Positions 1 to 10,989 of a DNA stretch of 64,000 nt are shown here, piece after piece. The position numbers and the translations under genes are program-made. The notes beneath the pieces are model-generated. The model was not told where the DNA came from. It did not search any database and saw only the letters and a list, made by a program, of their open reading frames with translations. Source of the DNA: Acidimicrobiia bacterium (GTDB lineage Bacteria; Actinomycetota; Acidimicrobiia; Acidimicrobiales; JANYDT01); NCBI GenBank assembly GCA_031423635.1, contig JANPFX010000086.1, positions 2,123-66,122 of the forward strand, read 5' to 3'. Positions within the stretch are counted from its first letter, which is position 1, and each line of letters opens with the position of its first letter.

Positions 1-285
1 GTCGCGGTCGACCCACAGACGGTCATCGAGTTCGGTCCCATCCTGGTCAAGGACGTCTCGACGATCCGCTTCGGCGCGGCGGCGCCTCCGCCCACCACCA
101 CATCGACGACCACCACGACAACACCAACACCAACGACGGCTGCGACGACGGTGGCTCCAACGACGACCCGGTCGTCAACGATCCAGCCGACCACGACCAC
201 TGTTCGTCCTTCCGTTCGCTACGTCCGAGTCTGCGTGAAGCGCGTCAAGGGCAGGTGCTCGGTGACTCGTCTCGTGCGGAGATAG
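1..285 (+). CDS. 3' end of a probable secreted/surface protein: Thr/Pro-rich linker plus short basic two-Cys C-terminal tail (5'-truncated by window edge)
   Basis: Frame +1 is open from base 1: VAVDPQTVIEFGPILVKDVSTIRFGAAAPPPTTTSTTTTTTPTPTT...VRYVRVCVKRVKGRCSVTRLVRR, TAG at 283-285. Not in the ORF track because it lacks a start codon. Confidence 0.7.
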   Translation, partial: VAVDPQTVIEFGPILVKDVSTIRFGAAAPPPTTTSTTTTTTPTPTTAATTVAPTTTRSSTIQPTTTTVRPSVRYVRVCVKRVKGRCSVTRLVRR

Positions 286-346
286 CCGGACAGCCCCCGA
301 CCGTCCGTCGGGCGCAAAATGGCGGGTCCACTAGCCTTGACCGCCC

Positions 347-3300
347 GTGTCGCTGCGTCCTCTCCCCGCTCTGCTCCGCGCCGACACCGGTCTCGTCGAC
401 CTGTTCGGCTCACGAACCGCCACGATCGGCGTCGCCGATCCGGCCCGGGCCTATCTGCTGGCCGGCCTGGCGGAACTCGGCGGTCGGCGTCCTCTCGTCG
501 TCGCCACACCGACCTCTCACGACGCCGAGCGGATCGCCGCCGACCTTCGGATGTACCTCGGCGAGTCGGCCGTCGATGTGTTTCCTGCGTGGGAGACCCT
601 GCCGTTCGAGCGGGTGAGCCCGGCCGTCGAGACGATGGGTCGACGGCTGCAGGCGATGTGGCACCTGACGGGCGGGGCCACTGAGGCTCCGGCGGTCATC
701 GTCGCCCCCGTCAAGGCACTTCTGCAACGCCTGGGTCCGCACGTGGAGGACACCGCGCCGGTCGTGATCCGGCCCGGCGATCAGTGCGACCCGCAGGAGC
801 TCGTGGCCCGTCTTGTCGACCTCGGCTACCGACGCGAGTATCAGGTCGAGCACCGCGGCGAGTTGGCGATCCGGGGCTCGATCGTCGACGTGTTCGGATC
901 GACGAGTGATGTGCCTGTGCGCATCGACCTCTGGGGCGACGAGGTCGACCGGCTCACCGAGTTCAGCGTCCATGACCAGCGGGCGACCGATCCCGTCGAG
1001 ATGGTCCAGCTCTTCGGATGTCGGGAGCTCCGGCCCACCGAAGAGGTGCGGGCCCGTGCCCTGGCCCTCCTGCAGAGCGAGCCATGGGGGGCATCCCAGT
1101 GGGAACGGATCAGCCAGGGCACGGTCTTCGAAGGGATGGAGTCATGGCTCCCCTGGCTGAGCGACGACGATCACCTCCTGCTCGACCTCGTCGGGCCGAA
1201 GGCGATGGTCGTGCTGCTCGAGCCACGACGCATGCGGGACCGGGTTGAGGATCTCCACGCCGAAGAGGCGTCGCTGATCGAGTCGCTGTCGCGCACCTGG
1301 AACGCCGATGCCACGAGCACCCGCTTGGCCGAAGACGGTGCGTTCCCGATGATCCACCTGCCGTTCGACCGTCTTCTGGCCCGTTGCGCTGCACCGGTGT
1401 GGACGGTGGCACCCGGCGCCGAGGGTCCCGACACCACGGTGATCCCGGCGATGGGGTGGGCGACCACGGCCGGCGACCCCGGGGCGCTGGTGACCCAGAT
1501 TCGCAAGTTGTCGACCGACGGCTACCGGGTGTTCGTAGCGGCGGACGGCGACGGATCGGCCGATCGCCTTGTCACGGTCCTTTCCGACGAGGGGTTCCGC
1601 TGTACGCGCGTTCCCACCGGCGAGGTCCCTGATGTACGCGCGCAGACGATGTCGACGGTGGGAGTGCAGGTCGTCGTGGCGCCGATCGAGCGAGGCTTCA
1701 TCGCCCCTTCGGTGAAGGTGGCGGTGCTCGCCGAGGCGGACCTGACCGGCCGTCGGCGCGCCCATCGCAAGGCCAAGCCCCGCAAGCGGCGGGAGTTGCA
1801 GGCCTTCTTCGACGACCTCACTCCGGGGAGCTTCGTCGTCCACTACATGCACGGCGTCGGACGCTTCGCCGGGATGGTGAAGCGTCTCATCGGCGGCGTC
1901 GAACGTGACTACCTCCTGATCGAGTTCAAGGGCGACGACAAGCTCTACGTCCCATCCGATCAGATCGACGCGGTGCGGGCCTACACCGGCGAACCGCCGA
2001 CGCTGCATCGTCTCGGTGGCAAGGACTTTGCGGCAGCGAAGGCCCGTGTCCGCGCGGCCGTGACCGAGATCGCCCAGGAGCTCGTCGTGCTCTATCAAAA
2101 GCGCATTTCCGCCCCAGGCCACGCCTTTGCCCAGGACACGCCGTGGCAGCGGGAGATGGAAGAGGCGTTCCCGTTCATGGAGACCGTGGACCAGCTCAAG
2201 GCCATCGAGGACGTCAAGGCTGACATGGAGTCGTCGTCGCCGATGGACCGCCTGGTCTGTGGCGATGTCGGGTTCGGCAAGACCGAGGTGGCACTTCGGG
2301 CCATCTTCAAGGCGGTGCAGGACGGGAAGCAGGCGGCGATCCTGGCCCCGACCACGCTTCTCGCCCAGCAGCACTTTCAGACCTTTTCGGAGCGGTTCGC
2401 AAACTATCCGATTCGTGTCGAGGTGCTGTCTCGTTTCCTCACCAACGCCCAGGCGAAGAAGGTCATCGAAGGGGTGAAGAACGGCACCGTCGACGTGATC
2501 ATAGGTACACATAGGTTGCTGTCGGCGGACATCAGCTTTCCGAACCTCGGTCTTCTCGTGGTCGACGAGGAACAGCGCTTCGGTGTGACCCACAAAGAAG
2601 CCATCAAGCACCTCAAGGAGAACGTCGACGTCCTCACGCTGACTGCCACGCCCATTCCGCGCACGCTCGAGATGGCCTTGTCCGGTATCCGGGACCTGAC
2701 GCTTCTGAACACGCCCCCGGCCGATCGGCAGCCGATCCTCACCTATGTCGGTGAGTACGACGATCGGGCCATCGCCGAGGCCATTCGTCGAGAGATGCTG
2801 CGTGAAGGTCAGGTGTTCTACGTCCACAACCGGGTCGTCGACATCGAGCGCAAGGCCAATCAGATCCGTGACCTCGTGCCGGAGGTGCGGGTGGCCATCG
2901 CCCACGGCCAGATGGACGAGGGCTCGCTCGAACAGGTCGTGTACGACTTCGCCGAAGGCCGCTACGACGTGCTCGTTTGCACCACGATCATCGAGACCGG
3001 AATCGACATGCCGACGGTGAACACGCTCGTGGTCGATCGGGCCGACCGGATGGGCCTGGGGCAGCTCCATCAGCTCCGCGGCCGGGTGGGGCGTTCGGGG
3101 CAGCGAGCGTATGCGTACTTATTTTATCCCCCGGACGTGTCCCTGTCCGAGGAGGCCTACGAGCGCCTGAAGACGATCGGCGAACACACCGAGCTTGGCT
3201 CCGGGTTCAAGATCGCCATGCGCGACCTCGAGATCCGAGGAGCCGGCAACCTCCTCGGCGGCAACCAGAGCGGACACATCGCTGCGGTCGGCTACGACCT

Positions 3301-3826
3301 CTACAGCCAGATGGTCATCGAGGCCGTCGGCGAGCTCAAGGGGGAGACGAAAAAGGAGCCGGCCGAGATCAAGATGGAGATCCCGGTCGATGCCAACATT
3401 CCCCACGACTACATCGGCAAGGAGCCGCTACGCCTTGACGCGTATCGACGTCTTGCCGAAGTCACGAGCCAGGCCGACGTCGACGACATCGCTGCGGAAT
3501 GGCTCGACCGCTACGGTCCGGTGCCCGAACGCGCCGCCGGTCTTCTCGATGTCGCGAGGCTGCGGGCTGAGTGCGTTCGCATCGGCTTGCGCGAGGTCAC
3601 CGTCACGAAGGCCGTCGGGATGGGAGCGAGCCTGATGCTGGGTTCGATGGCGGCGCGCCTCTCGCCGGTGGAGTTGAAGACGAGCCAGGAGATCCGACTC
3701 CAGCGGCTCTCGCGGACAGCGGTCTACAAACAACGCGAAGGCCAGCTCATCGTTCCCCTTCGTCCCGGGATCGACGCGCTCGAGTTCCTCCTGACCTTCC
3801 TCGGCGAGCTGTACCCGAAAGGCTGA
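347..3826 (+). CDS. mfd: Transcription-repair coupling factor Mfd
   Basis: 1159 aa; UvrB-like N-terminus (FPAWETLPFERVSP), CarD-like RID, CGDVGFGKTEVA Walker A, DEEQRFG, TATPIPRTL, QLRGRVGR, DLEIRGAGNLLG. Confidence 0.98.
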   Translation: MSLRPLPALLRADTGLVDLFGSRTATIGVADPARAYLLAGLAELGGRRPLVVATPTSHDAERIAADLRMYLGESAVDVFPAWETLPFERVSPAVETMGRRLQAMWHLTGGATEAPAVIVAPVKALLQRLGPHVEDTAPVVIRPGDQCDPQELVARLVDLGYRREYQVEHRGELAIRGSIVDVFGSTSDVPVRIDLWGDEVDRLTEFSVHDQRATDPVEMVQLFGCRELRPTEEVRARALALLQSEPWGASQWERISQGTVFEGMESWLPWLSDDDHLLLDLVGPKAMVVLLEPRRMRDRVEDLHAEEASLIESLSRTWNADATSTRLAEDGAFPMIHLPFDRLLARCAAPVWTVAPGAEGPDTTVIPAMGWATTAGDPGALVTQIRKLSTDGYRVFVAADGDGSADRLVTVLSDEGFRCTRVPTGEVPDVRAQTMSTVGVQVVVAPIERGFIAPSVKVAVLAEADLTGRRRAHRKAKPRKRRELQAFFDDLTPGSFVVHYMHGVGRFAGMVKRLIGGVERDYLLIEFKGDDKLYVPSDQIDAVRAYTGEPPTLHRLGGKDFAAAKARVRAAVTEIAQELVVLYQKRISAPGHAFAQDTPWQREMEEAFPFMETVDQLKAIEDVKADMESSSPMDRLVCGDVGFGKTEVALRAIFKAVQDGKQAAILAPTTLLAQQHFQTFSERFANYPIRVEVLSRFLTNAQAKKVIEGVKNGTVDVIIGTHRLLSADISFPNLGLLVVDEEQRFGVTHKEAIKHLKENVDVLTLTATPIPRTLEMALSGIRDLTLLNTPPADRQPILTYVGEYDDRAIAEAIRREMLREGQVFYVHNRVVDIERKANQIRDLVPEVRVAIAHGQMDEGSLEQVVYDFAEGRYDVLVCTTIIETGIDMPTVNTLVVDRADRMGLGQLHQLRGRVGRSGQRAYAYLFYPPDVSLSEEAYERLKTIGEHTELGSGFKIAMRDLEIRGAGNLLGGNQSGHIAAVGYDLYSQMVIEAVGELKGETKKEPAEIKMEIPVDANIPHDYIGKEPLRLDAYRRLAEVTSQADVDDIAAEWLDRYGPVPERAAGLLDVARLRAECVRIGLREVTVTKAVGMGASLMLGSMAARLSPVELKTSQEIRLQRLSRTAVYKQREGQLIVPLRPGIDALEFLLTFLGELYPKG

Positions 3827-3857
3827 TCCCGAGGACACCGCCACCCGAGCGGGCAGC

Positions 3858-5084
3858 TCAGACCATTGCGGTGATGTCGCGCAGCTCGGTTTCGTTCACG
3901 GTGATCCGGTTGCCGCCATTGCGCCGGGCCGCCGTGAGCGCCTCGTCCACGCGGAGGAGCATTTCGCGGGGGAGTGTCTGCGGGTCGAACGTGACGACGC
4001 CGATCGACGCCTTCACGATGAGCGGTTCCCCGGCGTCGATCGGGGTGCTCGACAGACCCCGTCGGATGCGCTCGAGTGCGATGAGCGAACCTTCGATCAT
4101 CGTGTTCTGGAGCACGACGGCGAACTGCGAACCGGAGAGGCGCGCGAGAACATCGTCGGTTCTCAGGTTCGTACTGATGATCCGCGCAACCTGGCGGAGG
4201 AGCTCGTCGCCGACTTTCGGCCCGTGGCTCTCGACGATGGCTTCGTACCGGTCGATCTCGATGAGGGCGAGTGAGAACGGGTCGAAGCCGTTCTTCGCCT
4301 GCGTCCACGAGTCGGCGAGCCGTTGCGTGAGCTGGCGTCGGTTGTAGGCGCCCGTGATCTGATCGCGGTGCTGGGTCTCTTCGATCGTGCTCTGCAGCCG
4401 CCCGAGCTCCTCGTCGGCGGCTCGGCCGACCTCGACGGCACGCTGCAACCGGCGTCCGAGCATCTCGTTCTCCAGCCGGTTCCGCACGAGCTTTACCTGG
4501 TTCTCCGCGGCCTCCCGCATCAACAGGACGAGGGCACCCGCGGAAACGGAGATCACGCCCGCCGCGCCGATCGACATCCGGGTCCGCATCTCGAGGTAGC
4601 GCGCCGCCACCGGCAACACCGCGGATGCAAGCGCGGCGATCGAGGCACCCGGTACGAGTTGCAGACCGATGGCGACGGCGGCAGCCATGGCGATGATCGC
4701 CAGACTGACGCTGGTCGTTGCCTGGGTGCTCTGCGCGTCGAAGAGCAGCCACGCCCCCGAACCGAATGCGAACCCGGCGATCGTCGCGGCCGAGACGATC
4801 TCGCGATGATGCGTCGTGACGGCTTCGGAGGTGTCGAGACTGTCCCTCCATCCCGCCACGAACATGACGATGACCGTTCCGCACGCGGCGATGGCCAGCC
4901 ACAGACCGAGCAGCCGCGAGGAGACTTCGCCGTACGTCGCCGCGCCGGCGGCCAGCGCCAGCGCTGCAACGGCGAACGCGCTGCGGCGGAGCGCAGGACG
5001 AGCCAGGCTCAGGCATTCGGCGCGTACGCGGTCGGTCGGCGAGAGCGACTTGGCGCGGGTTCGGTCGGGAGTGGGCGTGGTCAT
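3858..5084 (-). CDS. Membrane-bound GGDEF-domain protein with degenerate active site (SGSQF)
   Basis: About 6 hydrophobic segments, coiled coil, then D-QITGAYNRR, HGPKVGDELL, LRTDDVLARLSGSQFAVVL, ASIGV, ARRNGGNR. Start placed at MTTPTP (ATG 5084) rather than the 5390 ORF start. Confidence 0.88.
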   Translation of the reverse strand: MTTPTPDRTRAKSLSPTDRVRAECLSLARPALRRSAFAVAALALAAGAATYGEVSSRLLGLWLAIAACGTVIVMFVAGWRDSLDTSEAVTTHHREIVSAATIAGFAFGSGAWLLFDAQSTQATTSVSLAIIAMAAAVAIGLQLVPGASIAALASAVLPVAARYLEMRTRMSIGAAGVISVSAGALVLLMREAAENQVKLVRNRLENEMLGRRLQRAVEVGRAADEELGRLQSTIEETQHRDQITGAYNRRQLTQRLADSWTQAKNGFDPFSLALIEIDRYEAIVESHGPKVGDELLRQVARIISTNLRTDDVLARLSGSQFAVVLQNTMIEGSLIALERIRRGLSSTPIDAGEPLIVKASIGVVTFDPQTLPREMLLRVDEALTAARRNGGNRITVNETELRDITAMV

Positions 5085-5138
5085 GGGGCGGCCTGTCGAT
5101 ACACATCGGCGAGCCGAGGCAGGTTCTTGAGGGCGCGG

Positions 5139-5226
5139 CGACCCGGAGCCACCCCGGTCCGCCGGTAGGCTGGGCGGGGTTTCAACGGTTGGACGACCGG
5201 GAGCCACCCCGGTCCGCCGGTAGGCT
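5139..5226 (+). repeat. Two-copy 33-bp direct repeat (1 mismatch, 55-bp period), each copy ending in TAGGCT
   Basis: CGACC(C/G)GGAGCCACCCCGGTCCGCCGGTAGGCT at 5139-5171 and 5194-5226. Confidence 0.95.
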
Positions 5227-5235
5227 TGTCGGCTT

Positions 5236-6279
5236 ATGTCGCAACGCTTCCGTCGCCCACATCCCTTCGTCGCCGCTCTCGCGTGTGGTCTCGTCGGGGT
5301 GATCACCGCCGGATGTTCCACCGTGAACCCGTCCGCTCTCCGGGTCGGCGACACCCGGGTGAGCCGTGACGACATCGAAAGCGATCTCAAGGGCTACGAG
5401 AAAGCACTTCTGGCCGGAACCTCCACTGCGGAAGAGAAGGCTCAAGTTCAGGCGCAGCTTCGCAAGGGGGATGCGTTCAGCCCGGACTTCACCGTCGCCG
5501 TGCTCAATCGGCGGGTCGGTGCGATCGCGCTCGACACGGCCTTCGCAGCAACCGGCGCGAAGACGGTGACGATCACGGCGGAGCTGCGCAAGCGGGCCGA
5601 GCAAGCCTTCGCCGGCCAGAACGCTCCTCCGGAATCTGGTCAGAAGGCCTTTGCCGCGCTGTCCAAGAAGCTCCAGGACCGCGAACTCCGTCTCGTCAGC
5701 CTTCCGGCTGTGCTGGCCGAGAAGAAGGCCAAGACGCTCGGCACTCCCGAGGAGTTCTACAAGGCCAATCCCGGACGTTTCGTCCTCGAGGCCTGCACCC
5801 GCCACATCCTGATCCCGGACAAAGCCCGGGTTGACGCGGTCCGGGCCAAAATCGTCGCCGGTGCCGATTTCGCCGGTCTGGCGAAGACAGAGTCCACCGA
5901 CACCGGGTCGGGCGCTCAGGGCGGCGACCTCGGGTGTGGCGACCCGAAGCAGTTCGTCCCCGAGTTCGCCAAAGCAGTCGGTACCTTGAAAATCGGTGAA
6001 CTCAGCAAGCCGGTCCAGACCCAGTTCGGCTACCACCTGATCGAGGTCAAGAGCCGCAAGATCGCCCCGTTCGCCCAGGTGAAGAGCGCGATCGGCGACG
6101 ACATGCTCGCCAAGGCCCGTGAAGACGTCGAGTCCGAGGTGGCCGTCTATGCGAAGGACCTGTCGGTCGATCCCCTCTTCGGTGTGGCCGGAACCGACCA
6201 GCAGGGGCGCCCGGCTGTGCTCGTCACACCGACAGCCGCGAGCGGTGGATCCGCCAACGTGGCGCCGGCCCAGGGATAA
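5236..6279 (+). CDS. Parvulin-type peptidyl-prolyl isomerase lipoprotein (PrsA/SurA-like foldase)
   Basis: Signal peptide with lipobox ITAG-C; rotamase motifs RHILI, FAGLAKTESTD, GGDLG, FVPEFAKAV, VQTQFGYHLI. Confidence 0.92.
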   Translation: MSQRFRRPHPFVAALACGLVGVITAGCSTVNPSALRVGDTRVSRDDIESDLKGYEKALLAGTSTAEEKAQVQAQLRKGDAFSPDFTVAVLNRRVGAIALDTAFAATGAKTVTITAELRKRAEQAFAGQNAPPESGQKAFAALSKKLQDRELRLVSLPAVLAEKKAKTLGTPEEFYKANPGRFVLEACTRHILIPDKARVDAVRAKIVAGADFAGLAKTESTDTGSGAQGGDLGCGDPKQFVPEFAKAVGTLKIGELSKPVQTQFGYHLIEVKSRKIAPFAQVKSAIGDDMLAKAREDVESEVAVYAKDLSVDPLFGVAGTDQQGRPAVLVTPTAASGGSANVAPAQG

Positions 6280-6290
6280 GCGCCGCGGAG

Positions 6291-7406
6291 GTGTCGCGTC
6301 CGCGGATCACCGTCGTCGGGCTCGGACCGGCTGGGCCTGAGCTGCTCACCACGGCGACAGTCTCGGCCATTGCGTCGCACCGCCATCGCTACCTCCGCAC
6401 GAGCCGGCATCCGTCGGCCTCGGCGGTCGAGGGCGCGGCGTCGTTCGACAACGCGTATGAGCAGGCGCCGTCGTTCGACGACGTCTACGGCGACATTGTC
6501 GAGCGACTCGTCGCTGCGGCGATCGAGCACGGTCAGGTGCTCTATGCGGTCCCCGGATCGCCGGCCGTGGCCGAGCGCACCGTGGAGATGCTTCGACTCG
6601 ATGATCGAATCGACCTCGACGTCCTGCCCGCATTGTCGTTCGTCGACCTGACCTGGGTGCGGCTCGGCGTGGATCCGCTGACGGAGCGCCCCCGAATCGT
6701 CGATGGTCATCGTTTCGCGGTCGACGTCGCGGGTGATCACGGTCCCTTCCTCGTGACCCAGTGCCACTCCGTCGACATCCTCTCGTCGATCAAGCTTGCG
6801 TTCGACAACGACGCGCCAGCGACGGTGACGGTTCTGGCGCGACTCGGCCTTCCCGACGAATCGATCCGGGTCATCGACTGGGCAGATCTCGACCGGATCC
6901 CGGCCGATCACCTCACGTCGCTGTGGATCCCGCGGATTCGCACGCCGCTGGCGTCCTCGATCGTGTCCCTCGAGGAGGTCATGCGCTCGCTCCGGGAGCA
7001 GTGCCCGTGGGATCGTCAGCAGACGCACGTCTCGCTCGCTCCCTATGCGACGGAAGAGGCTGCAGAGCTCGTCGAAGCAGTGCAGGCATTGCTCCACAGT
7101 GGGAACGGCGAACTCGACGACGCCACCGACGCAGCGATCGATCATCTCGCCGATGAACTCGGCGACGTCGTGTTCCAGGTGGTGTTCCACGCCTGTCTCG
7201 CCGCAGAACGAGGGTGGTTCACGCTGGCCGACGTGTTCGACGGACTCGCCGCGAAGCTCGTACGACGCCATCCCCACGTCTTCACACCGGCCGGGGTGTC
7301 TCCGGACGAATGGCGGGTGGAAACACCAGACGACGTCCACCGGAACTGGCAGGCGATCAAGGCTAGAGAGCGGGCCGACAAGCCCACATTCCTTCCCGAA
7401 CGCTGA
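6291..7406 (+). CDS. mazG: YabN-like tetrapyrrole-methylase / MazG nucleotide pyrophosphohydrolase fusion
   Basis: N-terminal ITVVGLGPAG and YAVPGSPAVAE (methylase-like); C-terminal CPWDRQQTH, EEAAELVEA, DELGDVVFQ, KLVRRHPHVF. Confidence 0.88.
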   Translation: MSRPRITVVGLGPAGPELLTTATVSAIASHRHRYLRTSRHPSASAVEGAASFDNAYEQAPSFDDVYGDIVERLVAAAIEHGQVLYAVPGSPAVAERTVEMLRLDDRIDLDVLPALSFVDLTWVRLGVDPLTERPRIVDGHRFAVDVAGDHGPFLVTQCHSVDILSSIKLAFDNDAPATVTVLARLGLPDESIRVIDWADLDRIPADHLTSLWIPRIRTPLASSIVSLEEVMRSLREQCPWDRQQTHVSLAPYATEEAAELVEAVQALLHSGNGELDDATDAAIDHLADELGDVVFQVVFHACLAAERGWFTLADVFDGLAAKLVRRHPHVFTPAGVSPDEWRVETPDDVHRNWQAIKARERADKPTFLPER

Positions 7407-7470
7407 ATCGCTCGCCAACGAACGCATTCTTCGAATGTACGTTCGAGTACTTGGGGAGTTGAACGAATGA

Positions 7471-9389
<1,919 letters not shown>

Positions 9390-9513
9390 CCCGATCGGTC
9401 GCACGGCACGCACCCCGACGACCACCCGGAATTCATGTGACGGTGGGCACCGGTCCCGCCACCGGTGCTAGAACGAACGTCGTCTTCGTCACCTAGCACC
9501 AGGGGTTCCCAAC

Positions 9514-9978
9514 GTGAACGTTTCCATCACCGTCAACGGTCAACTGCAGAGCCACGACGTCGAGCCTCGCACGCTGCTCGTCCACTACATCCGGGAGAAC
9601 TGCGGGCTCACCGGAACCAACGTCGGCTGCGATACCTCCTCGTGCGGCGCCTGCACGATCCACCTCGACGGTGAGGCGGTCAAGTCGTGCACGATCCTCG
9701 CCGTGCAGGCCGATGGCGGCGTCATCGGAACGATCGAGGGCTTGGCGAAGGACGGCGTCATGCATCCGATGCAGGAGTCGTTCCGGGAGAACCACGGTCT
9801 GCAATGCGGGTACTGCACCCCGGGGATGGTCATGGCGGCCATCTCGCTCCTCGATGAGAACCCGAATCCGACCGAGCACGACGTGCGGATCGGGCTCGAA
9901 GGCAACCTGTGCCGCTGCACCGGCTACCACAACATCGTCAAGGCGGTCCTGGCCGTCGCCGAGTCATCGAACGCCTGA
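9514..9978 (+). CDS. Molybdenum hydroxylase small subunit, 2x[2Fe-2S] (CoxS/CutS family)
   Basis: [11 protein letters not shown]...SC and QCGYCTPG...NLCRCTGY cysteine motifs. Confidence 0.95.
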   Translation: MNVSITVNGQLQSHDVEPRTLLVHYIRENCGLTGTNVGCDTSSCGACTIHLDGEAVKSCTILAVQADGGVIGTIEGLAKDGVMHPMQESFRENHGLQCGYCTPGMVMAAISLLDENPNPTEHDVRIGLEGNLCRCTGYHNIVKAVLAVAESSNA

Positions 9979-10127
9979 GTCGGTCCCGCCGACGTCACCC
10001 GCATCACCGAGATGGCGATTCCGCTTTCGCTGTCCACCGACGGGGAACCCTCTCCGCTCTGCGCCTCACGCATGAACCGCCGCTCTGCCACCTCTCTCAA
10101 CACCGAACCGCTACCCAGGAGTGCCCG

Positions 10128-10952
10128 ATGATCCCCGCCGCTTTTGACTATGTCCGAGTCGACTCGGCCGATGCCGCCGTCGCCGCTCTCGTCGAACACG
10201 GCGAGGACGCCAAGATCCTCGCCGGAGGACATTCGCTCGTGCCGCTCCTCAAGCTGCGGCTGGCGTCGCCATCGGTGCTGGTCGACGTCGGTCGCGTCAA
10301 GGACCTCTCGTTCATCCGCGATGCAGGCGACCACATCGCTATCGGCGCGATGACTCGGCACCGCGCCGTGGAGACGTCCTCGGTGCTCGCCGAGCATGTC
10401 GCACTGCTGCCGCTCGTTGCCCGCGAGGTCGGCGATCCGCAGGTTCGCCATCGTGGCACGATCGGGGGGTCGATCGCTCACGCCGATCCCGCCTCGGATC
10501 TTCCGGGAGCGATGCTGGCGCTGAACGCAACCCTCGTGGCACGCGGGCCGAAGGGTGAGCGCACAATTGCCGCCGCGGACTTCTTCCAGGGGTTCCTCAC
10601 CACCGCGCTGGCGGCCGATGAGCTGCTCACGGAGATCCGCGTGCCGAAGATCACCGGAGCCAAGGCGAACTATCAGAAGTTCAACCGTCGCGCCCAGGAC
10701 TGGGCGATCGTCGGCGTTGCTGCCTGGAAGCTGAACGGTGCCTGCGGCGTCGGCCTGGTGAACATGGGCTCGTCGCCGGTGAAAGCCGGCTCGGTCGAGG
10801 CTGCCGTCAACAGCGGCGCCTCCGCTGCTGATGCCGCGGCTTCGGCCGCCGATGGCACCGAGCCGCCGTCGGATCTCAACGCCTCCGTCGAGTACCGCCA
10901 GCACCTGGCGCGCGTGCTGACCCGTCGCGCCCTCGAGGCATGTGGGGCATAG
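10128..10952 (+). CDS. Molybdenum hydroxylase medium FAD-binding subunit (CoxM/CutM family)
   Basis: MIPAAFDY start after AGGAG; LAGGHSLVP, GDPQVRHRGTIGGSIAHADPASD. Confidence 0.95.
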   Translation: MIPAAFDYVRVDSADAAVAALVEHGEDAKILAGGHSLVPLLKLRLASPSVLVDVGRVKDLSFIRDAGDHIAIGAMTRHRAVETSSVLAEHVALLPLVAREVGDPQVRHRGTIGGSIAHADPASDLPGAMLALNATLVARGPKGERTIAAADFFQGFLTTALAADELLTEIRVPKITGAKANYQKFNRRAQDWAIVGVAAWKLNGACGVGLVNMGSSPVKAGSVEAAVNSGASAADAAASAADGTEPPSDLNASVEYRQHLARVLTRRALEACGA

Positions 10953-10989
10953 CCGTCTCCTCGCGTTGACTGCAATGAACTGACGGTTC

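Noticed and set aside
88-200. ACC/ACG/ACA-rich repetitive DNA
   Set aside because: Explained by Thr codons of the protein linker; not a separate repeat element.
1142-3070. Long antisense and alternate-frame ORFs (642 aa here; also 7546-9027, 17186-18409, 31712-33076, 49337-50728 and many others)
   Set aside because: They shadow well-supported genes; stop codons are scarce at this GC content and the translations carry no family motifs.
5139-5226. Possible mini-CRISPR array
   Set aside because: Only two repeats with a 22-bp spacer, no cas genes, and the repeat ends in a -10-like hexamer.
9390-9513. Moco/Wco riboswitch upstream of the small-subunit gene
   Set aside because: I could not match the conserved Moco RNA elements by eye; only generic inverted repeats are present.
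9514-10952. Calling this an aerobic CO dehydrogenase
   Set aside because: No large subunit is present, so the diagnostic AYXCSFR loop cannot be checked and the substrate is unknown.
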